Source of the DNA: Nitrosopumilus sp.
GTDB taxonomy: Archaea; Thermoproteota; Nitrososphaeria; Nitrososphaerales; Nitrosopumilaceae
Assembly (NCBI GenBank): GCA_965224195.1
Contig: OZ245040.1
Coordinates: 512,001 to 576,000 of the forward strand
Length of the DNA stretch: 64,000 nt
Reading direction: 5' to 3'
The position numbers were made by a program, and so were the translations under genes. The notes below the pieces were generated by a model. It ran no database searches. It was not told where the DNA came from and saw nothing but the letters and a program-made list of their open reading frames with translations. Positions 30,857-40,969 of this stretch are shown in pieces; within the stretch, counting starts at the first letter, position 1, and each line of letters starts with the position of its first letter.

Positions 30857-31024
30857 ACATACTTCGATGAAAGCGGAATTGAATTAATGATTTTACCATC
30901 AGGAATATTTTTCAATTCTTTAAACCATATTCTCTTATCATCTGCATTCAAATTTACTCGTCTCTCAATAGTTTGACTTATCAAAAATTCTACAATAACC
31001 AATCTAGCATAATGATTTTACAAA

Positions 31025-31393
31025 TTATTTTCTAGAATCAACACCACTGATAATTGAGTCCAATTTCTCAAAGGTGTCAGGATTTTCTTTTACATATCCA
31101 ACTACATATGAAACACCAAGTTTAGCTAAAAGCAAAACGGCCATACTTTTTCCATCATCAAAAAGTAGTTTTCGTCTAACCAATTTACAGGCTATTGATT
31201 CAAAGCTGTCTTTAACTCTATAATAGGAGGAAATTCTTTTCCAGTTTATCTTACTTCGAACTATTTGGATACTGGTGTAGCCGCTTGGCCCAATTATTCT
31301 CTCATTATATATTTGAAGTAAAATAGCAATTTCATACGGCTTTAAATCCAATCTACTGTATAATTGTACAGTAATCATTATATAAGTATACAT
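31025..31393 (-). CDS. Hypothetical protein, possible winged helix
   Basis: 122-aa ORF ending LVRRKLL..G..V..L.KLGV. Confidence 0.55.
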   Translation of the reverse strand: MYTYIMITVQLYSRLDLKPYEIAILLQIYNERIIGPSGYTSIQIVRSKINWKRISSYYRVKDSFESIACKLVRRKLLFDDGKSMAVLLLAKLGVSYVVGYVKENPDTFEKLDSIISGVDSRK

Positions 31394-32029
31394 GTAATTA
31401 AGAATGAAATGAAGTCACGTACAAGCATCGTTGATGCATTGCATATAGTATTGCAAGTTTTGAAATCAGGAGAACCATTTACACTAAACAAACTAGCAAG
31501 AGAATCAGACCTAAACTTTAGAACTGTAAAAAAAATAATAGATGTTTTGCAGTCCAGTCACAATTCATTTTCTGGAAAACAACTTGAAGTATCAGATTTA
31601 GAGAGCACCACAATAATTCAACTAAAAGAGAAAACAGGATTGTTATTGTTTCCAGAAACTATACAGAATTTAATCATCAAGACAAACCACTATCCCGTGG
31701 CATCAAGGGATGAGGAAATTCTAGTATATTTGTTTTTGAAAAAAGCAACAGATATAGAAAATGCAGTGAGTCTTCCAGAAGGTAAGATGATTGAAGAATT
31801 AGTAGATGCAAAATATGTTGATAAAGTAGGAAACAGGTTCTATCTTACAGGAGATGGCAGATACATTGCAAAAGGTGCACTAGGATTATACCCAGAGTTG
31901 CAAAGCGTATCAGAAGAAATGCCAAAAGAAAATCATGTAGAATTAACACATCTCCCCATGATTACATTTGCCACTCCTCCAAATACAATTATGATTAAAA
32001 GAAAACTTGAAGTGATGAGGTGCGTTTAA
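31364..32029 (+). CDS. Tandem winged-helix DNA-binding protein
   Basis: FTLNKLARESDLNFRTVKKII (HTH) and ELVDAKYVDKVGNRFYLTGDG (wing); start probably ATG 31409. Confidence 0.65.
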   Translation: MYSNHYISIHVIKNEMKSRTSIVDALHIVLQVLKSGEPFTLNKLARESDLNFRTVKKIIDVLQSSHNSFSGKQLEVSDLESTTIIQLKEKTGLLLFPETIQNLIIKTNHYPVASRDEEILVYLFLKKATDIENAVSLPEGKMIEELVDAKYVDKVGNRFYLTGDGRYIAKGALGLYPELQSVSEEMPKENHVELTHLPMITFATPPNTIMIKRKLEVMRCV

Positions 32030-32514
32030 TGAAAGAAATAATGATAGAATGTAATAACTATTTTGGAGACATGTCAGAAGAAAGGTGTAGAACTATAGAA
32101 AAATTTGTTGAAGAGAAAATTAAGGATCATTGTGAATTAAAAAAAGTGTCAGTGAAAGAAACACGAATTCAGGATAATCTTATTCAACCAACATTATCGA
32201 TACGATATGAAACAGGAGAAGCACAACCTCTAATTGAGCTAATAGACCAATCATTAGTTGAGATTGGAATTACCGCAATCAAGACAGTTGTTTCAAAAAT
32301 AGTATCAAGAGCAGTTGAAGGGGCACTAGTAGGTGGGGGTACAGGACTTGTAGCAGGAAAAGGAAGCAATCCAACAGCAGCCACATTGATTGGGGCCTTG
32401 ATAGGAGGATGGATTGGCAGTACCATAGAGAAAAGAATTATTGAATATATTGCAACAAAGAATTCAGGAACTTGGCTTTTTGAGGAAATCAAGGTATCAG
32501 GAGGCAAGAAATGA
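32020..32514 (+). CDS. Hypothetical protein with glycine-zipper TM segment
   Basis: GALVGGGTGLVAG..LIGALIGGWIG. Confidence 0.6.
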   Translation: MRLMKEIMIECNNYFGDMSEERCRTIEKFVEEKIKDHCELKKVSVKETRIQDNLIQPTLSIRYETGEAQPLIELIDQSLVEIGITAIKTVVSKIVSRAVEGALVGGGTGLVAGKGSNPTAATLIGALIGGWIGSTIEKRIIEYIATKNSGTWLFEEIKVSGGKK

Positions 32515-32804
32515 CATTTACAATAAAACAACTAGAAAATGACCCAGAATGGAAGCGCTCACTAGGCGAGAAAATAAACAAAGTCCATTTTCGTAAAGGA
32601 GATCAGCATGCAGAATGTGATAGTACTACAGGCATTTGCAAAATACATGAGGACAAGACAGATCCTCACGAATCAATATCATCACTGCTAAAGCACATAG
32701 CTGAAAGCGATGGAGGCAAAGTTGTGTTAGGAGTAGTTGTTGCAGGAATACTAGATCAGGTGTTTACTGGTGGGACAATACGAAAGTCACTTTTGAAAAT
32801 CTAA
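32511..32804 (+). CDS. Small hypothetical protein
   Basis: ATGA-coupled; His/Cys cluster and hydrophobic C-terminus. Confidence 0.6.
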   Translation: MTFTIKQLENDPEWKRSLGEKINKVHFRKGDQHAECDSTTGICKIHEDKTDPHESISSLLKHIAESDGGKVVLGVVVAGILDQVFTGGTIRKSLLKI

Positions 32805-32893
32805 GACTATTTTGATTGGAAGAAGAAAATTAGAGAAGGAAAACAAATTGTTCTAAAAAATAAAATGATGGCAGTGTTGTTTTCAAGGACATG

Positions 32894-33651
32894 TTAGTAA
32901 CTTCCGGCTAGACTTATTCCTTTACAATTCTTAAAATTTTCTCGCTCTTCTGATGTAACATCATCAAAAATGCCAATTTTGCCTTTTACTACTTTAAATT
33001 CTCCTTTATCTTCTATCCATGTATCCAGTATTATTCCTATTAATTTTCCATGGTGTCCCAATAATACAGGCATTCTCTTTGATTCCGTGCAATCTGATTC
33101 AAGTCATTTTCAGTAAGTACAATTTTTTTACCATCTTTTTCAAATGGTTGTGTTCCAGTAATAGTTACAGTGATTTCTTCATTAGTGGGTTTGTTAACCA
33201 ACATCTCCCAAAAATCTTTTTCTGTACTGTAATAGAAGTATTCTTTGTCATTTCTTAATGTATTTTGTTTGATAATATCTTTCATAGAATCTAAAGATTT
33301 TACAATTGTTTGTTCGTCAGTACTTGTTAATTCAAATACAAGACTGGTGTTTTGATTATGAAAACTTAATGCTAAATGCGGGTAATTTTTTTTAGACATT
33401 TTTTCAGCTAATTTTTTAGAAAATGTATCAAAAACTTTAGAGAGTAAAAAATTCACAACAGAATCAATCAATGGTCCTCCTAAGAGGGTAAAAGAAGCGA
33501 ATAAAGCAGGATCACCAGATTCCGCGGCCCATCTTGCATATTGTTTTTCTTTCACATCAAATTCAGTGTTAAGAATAGATTCTATTTCTAATTGATCTTC
33601 TTTATTCCAATATTCTGTAGCTATTTCTGCTGAAAAATTTATCCCATCCAT
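32894..33651 (-). pseudogene. Hypothetical protein with frameshifted C-terminal domain resembling phage prohead protease
   Basis: Shifted frame continues MPVLLGHHGKLIGIILDTWIEDKGEFKVVKGKIGIF..CKGISLAGSY*. Confidence 0.5.
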
Positions 33652-33771
33652 ACCATTATTAATTTACGTCCCAATTAAAATTTAGGTGACTTTTCCAAAT
33701 TATTAGATTTTTTCCCACTCATTATTTCATAAAATAAGAACCATTTTATTTATTTGAATCATTGAAAACCT

Positions 33772-34308
33772 ATGACACAATCTGATTTTTTATTAGAACT
33801 AAAAGATCAGTTTGAAAGATACATCCATCTAAAAGAACGATTAGATAATAAAGCAAACAACATGATTGCTATGTCTGGCACTATTGCAGTAATCTTTATG
33901 GGTTTTGGAGCATTCCTTTTTTCAGATATAATATTTACTAAAAATTATTTTTTACCAATAATCACCATTTTGGTTTTTATGTCTGAAGTAATACTGACAT
34001 TTTTTACAATAAAATTTGCTCTGGATTCATACAAATTAAGAACGTATAATCACCCTATTTCATTTAAAGCATTTTATGAAAAAGATTCTTTGGAAGAATC
34101 GGTTGTGCAGCAATTTAGAGATGCAGACAGTTCAGAAATAAATGAACATTTTATAAAAGAATATTTGGAATCAATTAAAAGCTATGAAGAACAAAACGAT
34201 CATCAAACACGTGGCATAAATAAAGCACAAATTTGCTTTGTGGGTTCGATCGTGATGATCTCTGTCTTTGCTTTTTTCATCATTTTATCAAAATTCTTTT
34301 CAACATGA
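33772..34308 (+). CDS. Membrane protein with 3 predicted TM helices (Pycsar-effector-like pattern)
   Basis: RLDNKANNMIAMSG followed by two TMs, a soluble loop and a C-terminal TM. Confidence 0.6.
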   Translation: MTQSDFLLELKDQFERYIHLKERLDNKANNMIAMSGTIAVIFMGFGAFLFSDIIFTKNYFLPIITILVFMSEVILTFFTIKFALDSYKLRTYNHPISFKAFYEKDSLEESVVQQFRDADSSEINEHFIKEYLESIKSYEEQNDHQTRGINKAQICFVGSIVMISVFAFFIILSKFFST

Positions 34309-34524
34309 CCTAGACTTTATTTACTTTAGAATCGTATTAAATTTGATAATTAATTGACAGAAGATAGTTCAAAAAAGAAACCACTTCCTACAACTGGTGC
34401 AACGATAAAAGAATCATCATTGAGAGCAGCAGGAGATGGAAAAAAAGATGAAAAACCTAAAAAATCATCTTAATTATTTTTTATTTTTTCTAAAGTTTTT
34501 GAGATGTTAGGCTGAACGTCTTTG

Positions 34525-34692
34525 CTAATCTTCTCTTTCTAAACTCTTACAATTACATGGAATTCCATTGGATGTTTTACCATGACACTTGTGTTTTAAT
34601 TCTGAACCATTTTCAATTTCTTCAGATTTTATATGGTCATGTAATTCATGACCACATTTACAAATGTATGGAGTAGAATTATCCTCAATCAT
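34525..34692 (-). CDS. 55-aa Cys/His zinc-finger protein
   Basis: CKCGHELHDH..KCHG..PCNCKS. Confidence 0.5.
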   Translation of the reverse strand: MIEDNSTPYICKCGHELHDHIKSEEIENGSELKHKCHGKTSNGIPCNCKSLERED

Positions 34693-34761
34693 ACCATCAA
34701 ACAAGATGTATATAGTAAATTAAGATTTTTTATTCTTTGTTAGACTCTTATTTTAATTTCT

Positions 34762-36030
34762 CTAAATCAAACAAATTAGAATAATCTTTTTTTCTAATGC
34801 ATCTACATATTCACTTAGTTGATCTTTTAATTTTCCAAATTCAGTATACATTTTTTCCATTGATATTCGTATCTTTTCTGAATCATCAAAATTATTTTTG
34901 AAATAAAGTATTGGTGTTTGTAATGTGTTCCATGCATTTCTATATTGGGTTTCAATTTCAGGCGTAAAAATTTCCAATATATCGTCATATTCTACATCCA
35001 TTTCTAAAAATTGTTTTTGAGCTTTTTCATAATAGCCTGTTTGAAACTTTTTTCGATCATCATCAGAATACATCTGATCTTTAATGTCTCTGAATTTTTG
35101 TTGAGTCAATATGCCCCCAAGTTCATAGTCAATTTGTCGTAAACCAAATAAAATCATTTTTGAGTATTTTTTACGTTTATGTTCACGCGTTTTGATTTGC
35201 TCGTTATTTATTTTCTGTTGTTGATTGGATATTTTGTGTATATTTCTAATAACTCCTGATAATCTATTTTGTTGATCATATGAAAAAATAAAAATAATAA
35301 TTGTTATGGTTACCCCAATTCCAACTTGAAACATTGTAAAAAGCAGATCAGGTAATTTCTCATAATTCATATTAAATGTACGTAAATCAAATTCCATATA
35401 CCTTGCATCTACATCAATTCCTTCAAGAATCACATCCCGTCTATTTTTTTCACTGTTTATAAAATCAGTATAAACAAAATTTTTTGCATAAACACATTCA
35501 TCATCACAATCAAATTTTTTTGAATCAAAGGACATCTTAAATTTTAAATCAGGAATTAAGACGCCCACAGTTTGATCTTTACCAAATAGATGAACGGTAA
35601 ATTCACTATTTGGTATTATCTCAGTATTAAACTTACAGGTTTTGGTCAATTCCACATAATCAACTTCACTGTATTCAGAAAATTTTACAGGTTTCCCATC
35701 ATGCCAAGTTAATCCTTGTCCTCTATTATCACTTAATTCCAAATGTAGGTCATCACTGCAATTATTATCGCTGTTTTGAAATCCTTTTGAATTCGAATCT
35801 AACCGTATACCATTACCTTCAACATAAAATTTACTGGTAAATTTCATTTTATTTTCAATAAAATTTAGATCAATTGTGGCCGAATCAATTTTTGTTACAT
35901 TTCCCATATAATATATTGAAAGCCCTAATTCTTCTTCTTGTACGCGTATATCCTCAAAGTAAAGATAAAATAAAAACAAGGATACTAGGATCACTATAGA
36001 TATTATTGATACAATTATTGTTTTGGTCAA
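34762..36030 (-). CDS. Membrane protein (2 TMs flanking an extracytoplasmic domain, helical C-terminus)
   Basis: 422-aa ORF. Confidence 0.65.
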   Translation of the reverse strand: MTKTIIVSIISIVILVSLFLFYLYFEDIRVQEEELGLSIYYMGNVTKIDSATIDLNFIENKMKFTSKFYVEGNGIRLDSNSKGFQNSDNNCSDDLHLELSDNRGQGLTWHDGKPVKFSEYSEVDYVELTKTCKFNTEIIPNSEFTVHLFGKDQTVGVLIPDLKFKMSFDSKKFDCDDECVYAKNFVYTDFINSEKNRRDVILEGIDVDARYMEFDLRTFNMNYEKLPDLLFTMFQVGIGVTITIIIFIFSYDQQNRLSGVIRNIHKISNQQQKINNEQIKTREHKRKKYSKMILFGLRQIDYELGGILTQQKFRDIKDQMYSDDDRKKFQTGYYEKAQKQFLEMDVEYDDILEIFTPEIETQYRNAWNTLQTPILYFKNNFDDSEKIRISMEKMYTEFGKLKDQLSEYVDALEKKIILICLI

Positions 36031-36224
36031 ATCTAGTTTATCTGAAACAAATTCAAAATCAGCCTCAAGGGTATTTTCTTAATTTTCACTCATGTTGAAA
36101 TTATGAATATCGTATTTTTTACTCTTTGTAGAAACGCAGTTTTTCCAGTTAAAATCAAAGAGATTTAGTGCAAAATATGTCTCCTAAATTTTAAGAAATT
36201 GGCGGAGTTAATGCAAAATCTAAA

Positions 36225-36509
36225 TTAAAAAATGTAAACATAACTGGCTGATCCCCCTCCACCTGTATCTCCTTTCATGCCTTTATCTAGAAAATATTCT
36301 TCAATGTCTCGTCCATCTTTTTCGCTATTTGTAGACCAATCCTTCCAATGTTGGACATCTTTACCATCACTATCATGTTGATCTTTTCGAACTTTGGGGG
36401 TATCTGAAATGCCTGCAGTCCATATGGAATAATCTACTTTTTCTGAGTCGTTTACTCTACTTTCAATTTCAGAAATTATTTGAGATTTATCCATAATTAT
36501 CGTGATCAT
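36225..36509 (-). CDS. Small protein, possible permuted GIY-YIG-like fold
   Basis: WTAGISDTPKVRKDQH..DIEEYFLDKG..GGG..YVYIF. Confidence 0.6.
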   Translation of the reverse strand: MITIIMDKSQIISEIESRVNDSEKVDYSIWTAGISDTPKVRKDQHDSDGKDVQHWKDWSTNSEKDGRDIEEYFLDKGMKGDTGGGGSASYVYIF

Positions 36510-36658
36510 GACCTTTACTTAGGAAAATCATTTTCACATATTTTTCATTCAAATTAGTGCAAAATCTATGCGGCTAACTATATCCCCCCCCATTGCAGCA
36601 TGCTCCCAGTTGAATTTGAACCAAAAGGAGTTAATTTGATAAATTTAATATAGCATTA

Positions 36659-37876
36659 TCAAAAAACAATTTTTTCAACCCTTTTTGCAACATCCTGTAA
36701 ATTTTTCTCAGATGTTTTTGAATACCAATTCTTTACAACATCAAAACTGCGCCATCCAAAGGAATCAGCAATTTCTTCATTTGTCAATCCTGAATCTTTT
36801 AGTTGTTGGACTAGAGTATGCCTAAGCATATGGTCAGGTCTCTTCATTATGTATTCTCTAGTTTGTGGGGTTACTAGATGTGAAATTTTAGAATGGTAGT
36901 GTTTTAGATTTTTTGACATTTATTTTTGAATCTTAAATGATTCATGTTTGTTTGAAGTAACTGAATTTTTGTCTGTAAACCAAAGATACAGTGAATCAGG
37001 AGAGACAATACGCCACTGAAGAAGGATCTTTCTCAGATCTTCTGGAAGATACTTTAGTTTCCATTCTCCGTCTTCTCCGAGATGAATATGACCTCGAGGA
37101 TCTTTGGTTTCGTGTTGTTCTAGTTTGAAGAGTTTTGCATCAAAATAGATCCCATCCCAAATCATTGTAGATATTGCACTGCTTCTTGCTCCTGTACACA
37201 ATGCAATTCTCCACCAGACATATAGTGCAAAGTTTCCATCAGATAAAATTAGATCACTGATCTTTCTTGTTACATCTGAAGTGAAATGAACTCCGGCATA
37301 CGGGGCATAACGGTCATGGGACGATGACAGACCATATATTTTTCCCATTCTATTTGCAAAAAAGATATTGTGTGCAGCAAGTAAATTCTTGAAAGTCACC
37401 CTATAACACTGAGTTCCTTTTGATGGAGAATGCCGTCTAAAATCAGCGGCAAAAGAAATCCAGAACTTTATTGCATTGTCCTTTGAATCTAGAACATTTG
37501 ATGGGTTCTCAAACATGAAATTAAAAATAAATTTTGCATAAGAAATGTATCTGGAAATTGTTTTGAATTTTAGGCCTCGTGCAAGGCAACCATCAATCCA
37601 TTGTTTTATCTCGGGGATCTGGACAAAACTGTCTCGAGTTATGGTGTTAAAGTGATATTTTTGGATTTGGTCTTGTGATTTGTCTAGTCTTTTCGAATCA
37701 GTCAGATGAATCATTTTCATCTTTGACATTTCTACAAGATATCGTCGTGTTTGTCTCTCTGTTCTGTTAATTGATTCTGCAATATCTTTTGTTCTAATTG
37801 TTCCATCTTGAATCATATCTTTAATTTGAAACATCAATTCTATCCTGTCATCTTTGAGTGAGAGTCTTTTTTTCAT
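36659..37876 (-). pseudogene. HTH-tyrosine integrase split by one in-frame stop
   Basis: CTGAR in ORF 36920-37876; HMLRH, FGW and catalytic Y (NWY) in ORF 36659-36919; TAA 36920-36922 directly followed by in-frame ATG. Confidence 0.85.
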
Positions 37877-37889
37877 TATGAACTCTCCA

Positions 37890-38231
37890 AACGTTTTAAA
37901 CAGTTCAAAAATTCAAAAGTTAACGTAAAACAAAAAAACAAGACACTCCTTTTCACGCGTGAAATAAACTGGTAATTTGTGAGTGAATTTGTTAAATGAA
38001 CTACTTTGAACTCGTTTTAAACACATATGAACTGATTTTGCACGCACAGAGAAAATTTTGAACAGATTTTCGTGCGTGCAAATGAACTGTTCAAAAAAAA
38101 GTTCAGAAATATTTTGAACAAGTGAACTGATGAACTGATAAGCTGTTTTACTCGTGCAAGACAGTTCAAACAATTATGTCCGACATTATGTCCGGTTGGA
38201 GGGGTTGATTTAGGAGTATTATGTCCGGTTG
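37890..38231. repeat. Non-coding repeat/palindrome cluster upstream of the integrase
   Basis: TTTCACGCGTGAAA (37951-37964); TTTGCACGCAC/GTGCGTGCAAA (38037-38082); many TGAAC/GTTCA; ATTATGTCCG at 38173, 38185, 38218. Confidence 0.8.
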
Positions 38232-38295
38232 TACAAGAATATTTAATGTATCATTAATCGACAATTCTTAATATTGGATTAGAGCAGGCTCATCG

Positions 38296-40965
38296 TTGGA
38301 TAAAAAAGAGATTCTAAAAGAATTTTCAGCAGATCCTGAAAAATACTATAATGTCAAATTATTCCAAGAACAAGGATTTGTTAGAAAAGCATGTACCAAA
38401 TGTGGTAGATTCTTTTGGACTCTAAATGCTGATAGAAATTTGTGTCCAGATGATGGATTGGATACCTATTCGTTCATTGGTGAGCCCCCAACTAATAAGA
38501 GATTTGATTATACTCAAGCATGGAAAGAAGTTGAAGAGTTTTTTGTAAAAAATAATCACACGTCAATTTCTAGATATCCAGTAGTTTGTAGATGGCGAGA
38601 TGACTTGTTTTTTACAGTTGCATCAATTGTTGATTTTCAAAGAGTGATGGGAAGTAAAGTAGTCTTTGAGTTTCCCGCAAATCCTCTAGTAGTTCCACAA
38701 ACTTGTTTGCGTTTCAAAGATTTAGAAAACGTTGGAGTAACTGGAAGACACTTTTCAAGTTTCTGCATGATTGGACAACACAGTGTTCCAGATTTAGGCG
38801 GATATTGGAAAGACGAGTGTGTTGATTTGGATTTTAGATTGTTAACTAATCAATTTGGAATTAAAAAAGAAGAAGTTGTATTTGTAGAAGATGTTTGGGA
38901 AGGTAGTGGCTCTTTTGGTCCATCACTAGAATATTTTGTCAGAGGATTGGAATTAGGAAATGCAGTATTTACTGAATTCCAAGGGGAATTAGGACAACAT
39001 ACTACACTTGATCAGCGAGTAATTGACATGGGTGCAGGGTTGGAGAGATTTGCATGGATTACCAATGGAACACCTACTGCATATGACTGCTGTTTTGGTC
39101 CTGTTAATGAAAAATTATTTGAAAAGATTGGAATTGATTCTGATTCTGATGTTTTAAAAAAATACTTTACAGAAATTGCAAAAGAGATTGATCATTTCGA
39201 TGATCTGAATGAAGTAAGACATCTTGCAGTGAAAAATGCCGGAATTACAGAGGATCAACTAAACAAAATGATCACACCGCTTGAAGGAATCTATCTAATT
39301 GCAGACCATTTACGAACTCTAATCTTTGCAATTACAGATGGCGCATTACCAAGTAATGTTGGTGGAGGGTATAATCTTAGAATGATGTTACGAAGAATTA
39401 ATGGAACGATTAACAGATTAAATCTAAAATTAGACATTGATGATTTGATTGATACTCATATTGACTATCTCAAAGATACCTATCCAAAACTTGATGAGAA
39501 AAGAGAAGATGTCAAAATAATTCTCAAGCTAGAATCTGCAAGATATGAAGATTCCAAAGTCCACATGAAGAAAAAGGCAGAAAAGATTCGTGAAAAAGGA
39601 GTGCCATCAGTGGATGAATTGATTACTCTATACGAATCAGATGGTATTACACCTGAATATCTCAAAGAAGTTGATGCGATTTCTGAAATCCCATCACAAT
39701 TTTACTCTAAACTATCTGATTTGCACCAGTCTGAAAAGAAAAAGGCAATCACGGAACTTCCACTAGAAGAGTTACCTGAAACTGAGACTCTATTTTACAA
39801 AGACGACCCAATGGAGTTTGAGGCCAAAGTAATCAAGGTCTTTGATGATCAAGTCGTACTAGATAAAACTTCATTTTATGCAAGAGGTGGAGGACAAGAA
39901 CCAGACTTAGGAACCATTGCAGGATTTAATGTGGTTAATGCAGATAAACATGCAAACATTATTGTTCACAATCTAGAAGGCGGGGTTCCAAAAGAAGGCG
40001 ATACTGTATCTTGTAAGGTAGATGAAATACGTCGTGCAAACATTACAAAAAACCACACCAGTACTCACATCATCAATGCATCATCAAGAGGAGTGTTAGG
40101 TTCTTGGATTTGGCAACACTCTGCGTTTAAAGACCATGATCATGCCAGACTAGACATTACACACCATTCATCATTAACTGATGAACAAGTAAAACAGATT
40201 GAAGATGCAGCTAATCAAATGGTAAAAGAGGATTATCCAGTAAACATTGATTATTACGATAGAGGAACTGCAGAACAAAAGTATGGTTTTAGAATTTATC
40301 AGGGCGGCGTAGTTCCAGTAAAGTCAGTTAGAATTGTATCAATTGAGAATAAAGATATTGAAGCATGTGGGGGTACACATGTAAAGAAGACGGGAGATAT
40401 TGAGTTAATCAAAATTACAAAGACTAAACGAATTCAAGACGGAGTAGTTCGTATAGAATTTGTCTCAGGACCAACAGCTTTTCAATATGTAAAAGACCAA
40501 GAAGAAAAATCAAAGAAACAGGTTGTAGATGATATTGCTAAAGAAAAATTAGATAAACAACGCGAAGAAAATAAAGATAAAGCAAGAAAGCAGATTCCTA
40601 TTTTGCTAGAAAAGATTCTTGGTGGCCAATCAGGAGAACTAGATGAGATTACAATTAAAAATAAAATCTGCTTTACTTCCAGTCCAAACTATGATGATTA
40701 TTTCCATCAAAACTTTGGTAAGAAATTAGTTGCCAAAGATGGTACAGCTGCATTTTGTGGAATTTTTGAAGCAGGACCAACTGTTAGAATTATGGTGTAT
40801 GCCGGAGTAAATTCAGGCGTAAATGCGGGTGAAATAGCCAAGGAAATAGCCTCAATTTTAGGCGGTTCTGGTGGCGGTGATGCTAAATTTGCTCAAGGGG
40901 GAGGAAAGGACACATCTAAAAAAGAGCAGGCAATAATCAAAGCAAAATCAATGATTTTAGGATGA
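38296..40965 (+). CDS. alaS: Alanyl-tRNA synthetase
   Basis: RYPVVCRWRDD, VGVTGRH, IDMGAGLER, FYARGGGQEPD, HTSTH, EACGGTH, GGSGGG..FAQGGG. Confidence 0.98.
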   Translation: MDKKEILKEFSADPEKYYNVKLFQEQGFVRKACTKCGRFFWTLNADRNLCPDDGLDTYSFIGEPPTNKRFDYTQAWKEVEEFFVKNNHTSISRYPVVCRWRDDLFFTVASIVDFQRVMGSKVVFEFPANPLVVPQTCLRFKDLENVGVTGRHFSSFCMIGQHSVPDLGGYWKDECVDLDFRLLTNQFGIKKEEVVFVEDVWEGSGSFGPSLEYFVRGLELGNAVFTEFQGELGQHTTLDQRVIDMGAGLERFAWITNGTPTAYDCCFGPVNEKLFEKIGIDSDSDVLKKYFTEIAKEIDHFDDLNEVRHLAVKNAGITEDQLNKMITPLEGIYLIADHLRTLIFAITDGALPSNVGGGYNLRMMLRRINGTINRLNLKLDIDDLIDTHIDYLKDTYPKLDEKREDVKIILKLESARYEDSKVHMKKKAEKIREKGVPSVDELITLYESDGITPEYLKEVDAISEIPSQFYSKLSDLHQSEKKKAITELPLEELPETETLFYKDDPMEFEAKVIKVFDDQVVLDKTSFYARGGGQEPDLGTIAGFNVVNADKHANIIVHNLEGGVPKEGDTVSCKVDEIRRANITKNHTSTHIINASSRGVLGSWIWQHSAFKDHDHARLDITHHSSLTDEQVKQIEDAANQMVKEDYPVNIDYYDRGTAEQKYGFRIYQGGVVPVKSVRIVSIENKDIEACGGTHVKKTGDIELIKITKTKRIQDGVVRIEFVSGPTAFQYVKDQEEKSKKQVVDDIAKEKLDKQREENKDKARKQIPILLEKILGGQSGELDEITIKNKICFTSSPNYDDYFHQNFGKKLVAKDGTAAFCGIFEAGPTVRIMVYAGVNSGVNAGEIAKEIASILGGSGGGDAKFAQGGGKDTSKKEQAIIKAKSMILG

Positions 40966-40969
40966 TATT

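Noticed and set aside
37913-38173. 86-aa ORF
   Set aside because: Lies in the palindrome/repeat region; better explained as non-coding
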